Of a stretch of DNA of 64,000 nucleotides, positions 63,182 through 64,000 are shown piece by piece; positions within the stretch are counted from its first letter, which is position 1; the number at the start of each line of letters is the position of its first letter. A model generated the notes under the pieces. That model saw only the letters and a program-made list of their open reading frames with translations. It did not search any database and had not been told where the DNA came from. Source of the DNA: Macrostomum lignano (Eukaryota). Both the position numbers and the translations under genes were made by a program. The stretch spans positions 1 to 64,000 of the forward strand of contig NIVC01001255.1 of the NCBI GenBank assembly GCA_002269645.1, written 5' to 3'.

Positions 63182-64000
63182 AGTGGAGCTGCTGATTCGG
63201 CTGCTGGACAAGCGGAGCATCACAGTGGGCGAATTTCGCGAGTTGCTCGATTGGCGCAACAAATCTGCCTCGTCGCAGGGCGACCCCGACTTGGCCGGCC
63301 TCGACCCAGGGCCTGGCGATGGCTCTTTCGGCGACGCGCAAGACGGCGGCGACTTCTTCGAGGCCGAGCTGCGCGATCTGGAGGACTCGATTTCTCAGCA
63401 CAATGCTCAGCCCGGCGCTAGCGGAATCGGCGGTGGAGGTGACACCGGCTCGAACTTGACCACGGGATCCTCAGACACGCGCAAGTACAGGAAGAAGCGA
63501 GAAACCAAGCCACAGCCGCACCAGATGCAGCAGCCGCCGCAACAGGCGCAGCAGCAGCCCGCAGTTCGCGAGTACCGCCCCCGATCGAATCTGGGCGTCG
63601 AAATCGACGATGAAGTTCGTGGAGGACCGCATGGTGTTTCGCTGGAGTCACAACCCAAGGCCGAGACTGTGTGGAAGTTCCTCGAAAACATGGCCAGTCC
63701 GCACTCGTCGGATTCCCTTCCAGCTTCATACAGGACCGATGAGAGAGACGACTCACTGAACCAGCCGACATCGTCACTTGAGTATCCATTCGGCAGCTAT
63801 GTCAAGCGCGACAACCCCGCCGCCGCGGCCGCGGCCAATTCCACTCGATCGGCTGCTCAACCAACCAGCGGAGTGCAACCTCGAGCAGCTGGTGGGCCCA
63901 GATCCGCTCGCAGCCTAGGCAGTGGGTCCCATGGTGCGCGGTCGCTGTCTGACTTAGTTGGCGAGCTAAAGGAGCTTGGCGATGCACTGTTCAGCGGCGG
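63182..64000 (+). CDS. SEC14-spectrin gene exon 6, open to the window edge
   Basis: Acceptor TCGCAG|A (phase 2); RVELLIRLLDKR then disordered sequence with no stop before 64000, hence absent from the ORF track. Confidence 0.8.

Overview
Eukaryotic, intron-containing animal DNA, very rich in minisatellites and small DNA transposons. The style resembles a Macrostomum-type flatworm, but that is inference only. Genes reconstructed from splice sites: (1) a PARG poly(ADP-ribose) glycohydrolase whose catalytic QEE reads QQE and whose C-terminal tail is cut off by a frameshift; (2) a small single-pass membrane protein ending in an AKAP-like PKA-binding helix; (3) a three-exon Uncx/unc-4 homeobox gene with an eh1 motif; (4) a compact Lunapark-like two-TM zinc-finger protein; (5) a Crypton-type (DUF3504) tyrosine recombinase ORF interrupted by one TAG; (6) an intronless orphan rhodopsin-class GPCR; (7) a very large disordered Pro/Gln-rich minus-strand gene with a 1-nt frameshift; (8) a SEC14/CRAL-TRIO plus spectrin-like gene that runs off the right edge. 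Between them lie about 14 tandem-repeat arrays, several MITEs with readable TIR/TSD signatures and a deleted Tc1/IS630-like element. No rRNA, tRNA or CRISPR array was found. All family assignments come from motif recall by eye; no database search was run.
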